DNA of 63,701 nucleotides, counting the filler, from Lama guanicoe (Eukaryota), in assembly GCA_013239625.1 (NCBI GenBank). It is 209 parts of 209 records of this genome, joined end to end, with 100 filler letters (N's around TTAATTAATTAA, not from the genome) between each part and the next. Parts side by side here need not be neighbours in the genome. Positions count along the whole stretch, not along the records: positions 61,355 to 61,560 come from PNXV01033527.1; positions 61,661 to 61,866 come from PNXV01033528.1; positions 61,967 to 62,172 come from PNXV01033529.1; positions 62,273 to 62,477 come from PNXV01033530.1; positions 62,578 to 62,783 come from PNXV01033531.1; positions 62,884 to 63,089 come from PNXV01033532.1; positions 63,190 to 63,395 come from PNXV01033533.1; positions 63,496 to 63,701 come from PNXV01033534.1; 201 more parts are not named here. One strand, given 5' to 3'. The notes below the pieces were generated by a model that saw only the letters and a list, made by a program, of their open reading frames with translations, had not been told where the DNA came from and did not search any database. Positions 61,255 to 63,701 of the stretch are shown here, in pieces. Made by a program: the position numbers and the translations under genes. Each line of letters opens with the position of its first letter. The first letter of the stretch is position 1.

Positions 61255-62272
61255 NNNNNNNNNNNNNNNNNNNNNNNNNNNNNNNNNNNNNNNNNNNNTT
61301 AATTAATTAANNNNNNNNNNNNNNNNNNNNNNNNNNNNNNNNNNNNNNNNNNNNTTTATAAATGCAAAGAAAGACATTTGAGGGGTATTGGGTGAATGGT
61401 TTGTCTGAAAATTTCCAAAACTTTTTAATACCCATTTTCTGTGCAGACAAAAACCTTAACTGTAGTAGTGCTGTACATCTAGTTTATTAGGCTGCTGAAA
61501 GGATTAGAGTCATAATTAATTTCCATGTACTTAGAGGGGAGAAATTTTATTGGTGGAATANNNNNNNNNNNNNNNNNNNNNNNNNNNNNNNNNNNNNNNN
61601 NNNNTTAATTAATTAANNNNNNNNNNNNNNNNNNNNNNNNNNNNNNNNNNNNNNNNNNNNCTGAAGTTAATTGATAACCTAAGGTCATGTCCTTCCATGA
61701 GGTCATCACCACAAAAGCGATGGAAATATACCAATTTATTGGTAACTCTAAAAACTAAGGCAACTCTTAGCTAAGACATGAAAAAAATTAACCTAACTGA
61801 AGTGGAGCTGGGCCTGGGTTGAAAAGTACAGCTTCCATAAACCCAGCTCCCAGAATATGAAGAGTGNNNNNNNNNNNNNNNNNNNNNNNNNNNNNNNNNN
61901 NNNNNNNNNNTTAATTAATTAANNNNNNNNNNNNNNNNNNNNNNNNNNNNNNNNNNNNNNNNNNNNCTGAAGTTAATTGATAACCTAAGGTCATGTCCTT
62001 CCATGAGGTCATCACTACAAAAGCGATGGAAATATACCAATTTATTGGTAACTATAAAAACTAAGGCAACTCTTAGCTAAGACATGAAAAAATTTAACCT
62101 AACTGAAGTGGAGCTGGGCCTTCGTTGAAAAGTACAGCTTCCATAAACCCAGCTCCCAGAATATGAAGAGTGNNNNNNNNNNNNNNNNNNNNNNNNNNNN
62201 NNNNNNNNNNNNNNNNTTAATTAATTAANNNNNNNNNNNNNNNNNNNNNNNNNNNNNNNNNNNNNNNNNNNN

Positions 62273-62477
62273 GATGGAAAAGGATATTCCATGCAAATGG
62301 AAAAGCCAAAAAAGAAGGTGTAGCAGTACTCATTTCAGACAAAATAGACTTTAAAACAAAGGCCATAAGGAAAGATACAGAAGGACATTTCATAATGATT
62401 AAAGGAGTAATACAAGATGAGGATATTAACACTCATTAATATATATGCACCCAATATAGGAGCACCTAAATACATAA
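62273..62477 (+). mobile_element. LINE-1 ORF2 endonuclease fragment, well conserved, with one +1 frameshift
   Basis: WKRIFHANGKAKKEGVAVLISDKIDFKTKAIRKDTEGHFIMIKGVIQDEDI, then a shift to TLINIYAPNIGAPKYI. Confidence 0.96.
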
Positions 62478-63495
62478 NNNNNNNNNNNNNNNNNNNNNNN
62501 NNNNNNNNNNNNNNNNNNNNNTTAATTAATTAANNNNNNNNNNNNNNNNNNNNNNNNNNNNNNNNNNNNNNNNNNNNCTGAACAAGCATCTTGACGATGA
62601 TTACTGAGAACTGAGCTGAGGGAGGATGATGACAGCTTCCCACTGCTTGCAGCTCTGGCACATTCAACCTTGTCTGGTCCCACAAACAGAGATAAAAATT
62701 TGTCCATTTTGAAACACAGACTAGGGTCAACTCTGACTGAAGATAACTAAGCAAATTTACTTTTACAAATAAAAGTATGTTTCNNNNNNNNNNNNNNNNN
62801 NNNNNNNNNNNNNNNNNNNNNNNNNNNTTAATTAATTAANNNNNNNNNNNNNNNNNNNNNNNNNNNNNNNNNNNNNNNNNNNNATAGTGGAACAAGGGTG
62901 GATTTGTTGTTTCCCTTTGTGCTTTTCTGTGTTTTCCAAGTTTTCTGCTTTGAAAACATACTACTTCATCAGCAGGTGGGGAAAAAAAAACCATTCTAAA
63001 AACAAACACATAAGAGCCAAATTCTCAACCATATAAGCATTGACTGCTAGAAGGTCCTAGTTCCGATGTAAAATCCAAGAATCTTAAGCNNNNNNNNNNN
63101 NNNNNNNNNNNNNNNNNNNNNNNNNNNNNNNNNTTAATTAATTAANNNNNNNNNNNNNNNNNNNNNNNNNNNNNNNNNNNNNNNNNNNNCTGAACAAGCA
63201 TCTTGACGATGATTACTGAGAACTGAGCTGAGGGAGGAGGATGACAGCTTCCCACTGCTTGCAGCTCTGGCACATTCAACCTTGTATGGCCCCACAAACA
63301 GAGACAAAAATTTGTCCATTTTGAAACACAGTCTAGGGTCAACTCCGACTGAAGATAACTAAGCAAATTTACTTTTACAAATAAAAGTATGTTTCNNNNN
63401 NNNNNNNNNNNNNNNNNNNNNNNNNNNNNNNNNNNNNNNTTAATTAATTAANNNNNNNNNNNNNNNNNNNNNNNNNNNNNNNNNNNNNNNNNNNN

Positions 63496-63701
63496 ACATG
63501 CTCAGTTCTGAGAGAAAAGTGTTTGTGAAAGCCGTCCTTCACCTTGCTTGAAGGGATCACAAAGATTCTTTTCAGATGCAAACTCCACTACATTCATATA
63601 TATGGGGAGGTTCAATCTCCAAGTCGATTTTACAGTGAAAATTGCAGGAATGTACAACCGGAATTAGGAAAAAGACTGAGAAAGCAGAGTAAGTGTTTTT
63701 T
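63496..63701. repeat. Complex satellite monomer fragment (third copy, opposite strand)
   Basis: Reverse complement aligns with 38736-38940 (ACATGCTC...TTCTGAGAG; TTTTACAGTGAAA...TTGCAGGAA...ACCGG...TAGGAAA...ACTGAGAAA). Confidence 0.75.

Overview
This window is not a contiguous locus. It is an artificial concatenation (chrUn-style pseudo-scaffold) of 209 unrelated short contigs: 146 of 205 bp, then mostly 206 bp. They are joined by 208 identical 100-bp spacers (N44-TTAATTAATTAA-N44), whose 12-mer has stop codons in all six frames. Nearly all ORFs in the supplied track run into these spacers and are artefacts, and adjacency between fragments has no biological meaning. The DNA is mammalian and very probably camelid, judged from the Vic-1-type tRNA-derived SINEs. 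Most recognisable content is LINE-1, ERV/MaLR LTRs, Tigger1 and satellites. Recognisable gene pieces are DCAF12L2, an EIF1 processed pseudogene, an SLC4A7 exon, a CR1 CCP exon, two olfactory receptor fragments (OR5B-like, OR1F-like) and a CCDC144/ANKRD26-like exon. The most interesting biological signal is at 35076-35279 and is absent from the ORF track: a stop-free 68-codon retroviral envelope SU fragment resembling syncytin-1/RDR-group envs, with a variant receptor-binding motif (NDGGGIQEQAR versus SDGGGx2Dx2R). Eight near-identical contig pairs all have exactly 49 identical bases at each end, the signature of de Bruijn graph bubble arms. All gene and repeat names come from recalled sequence similarity, not database searches.
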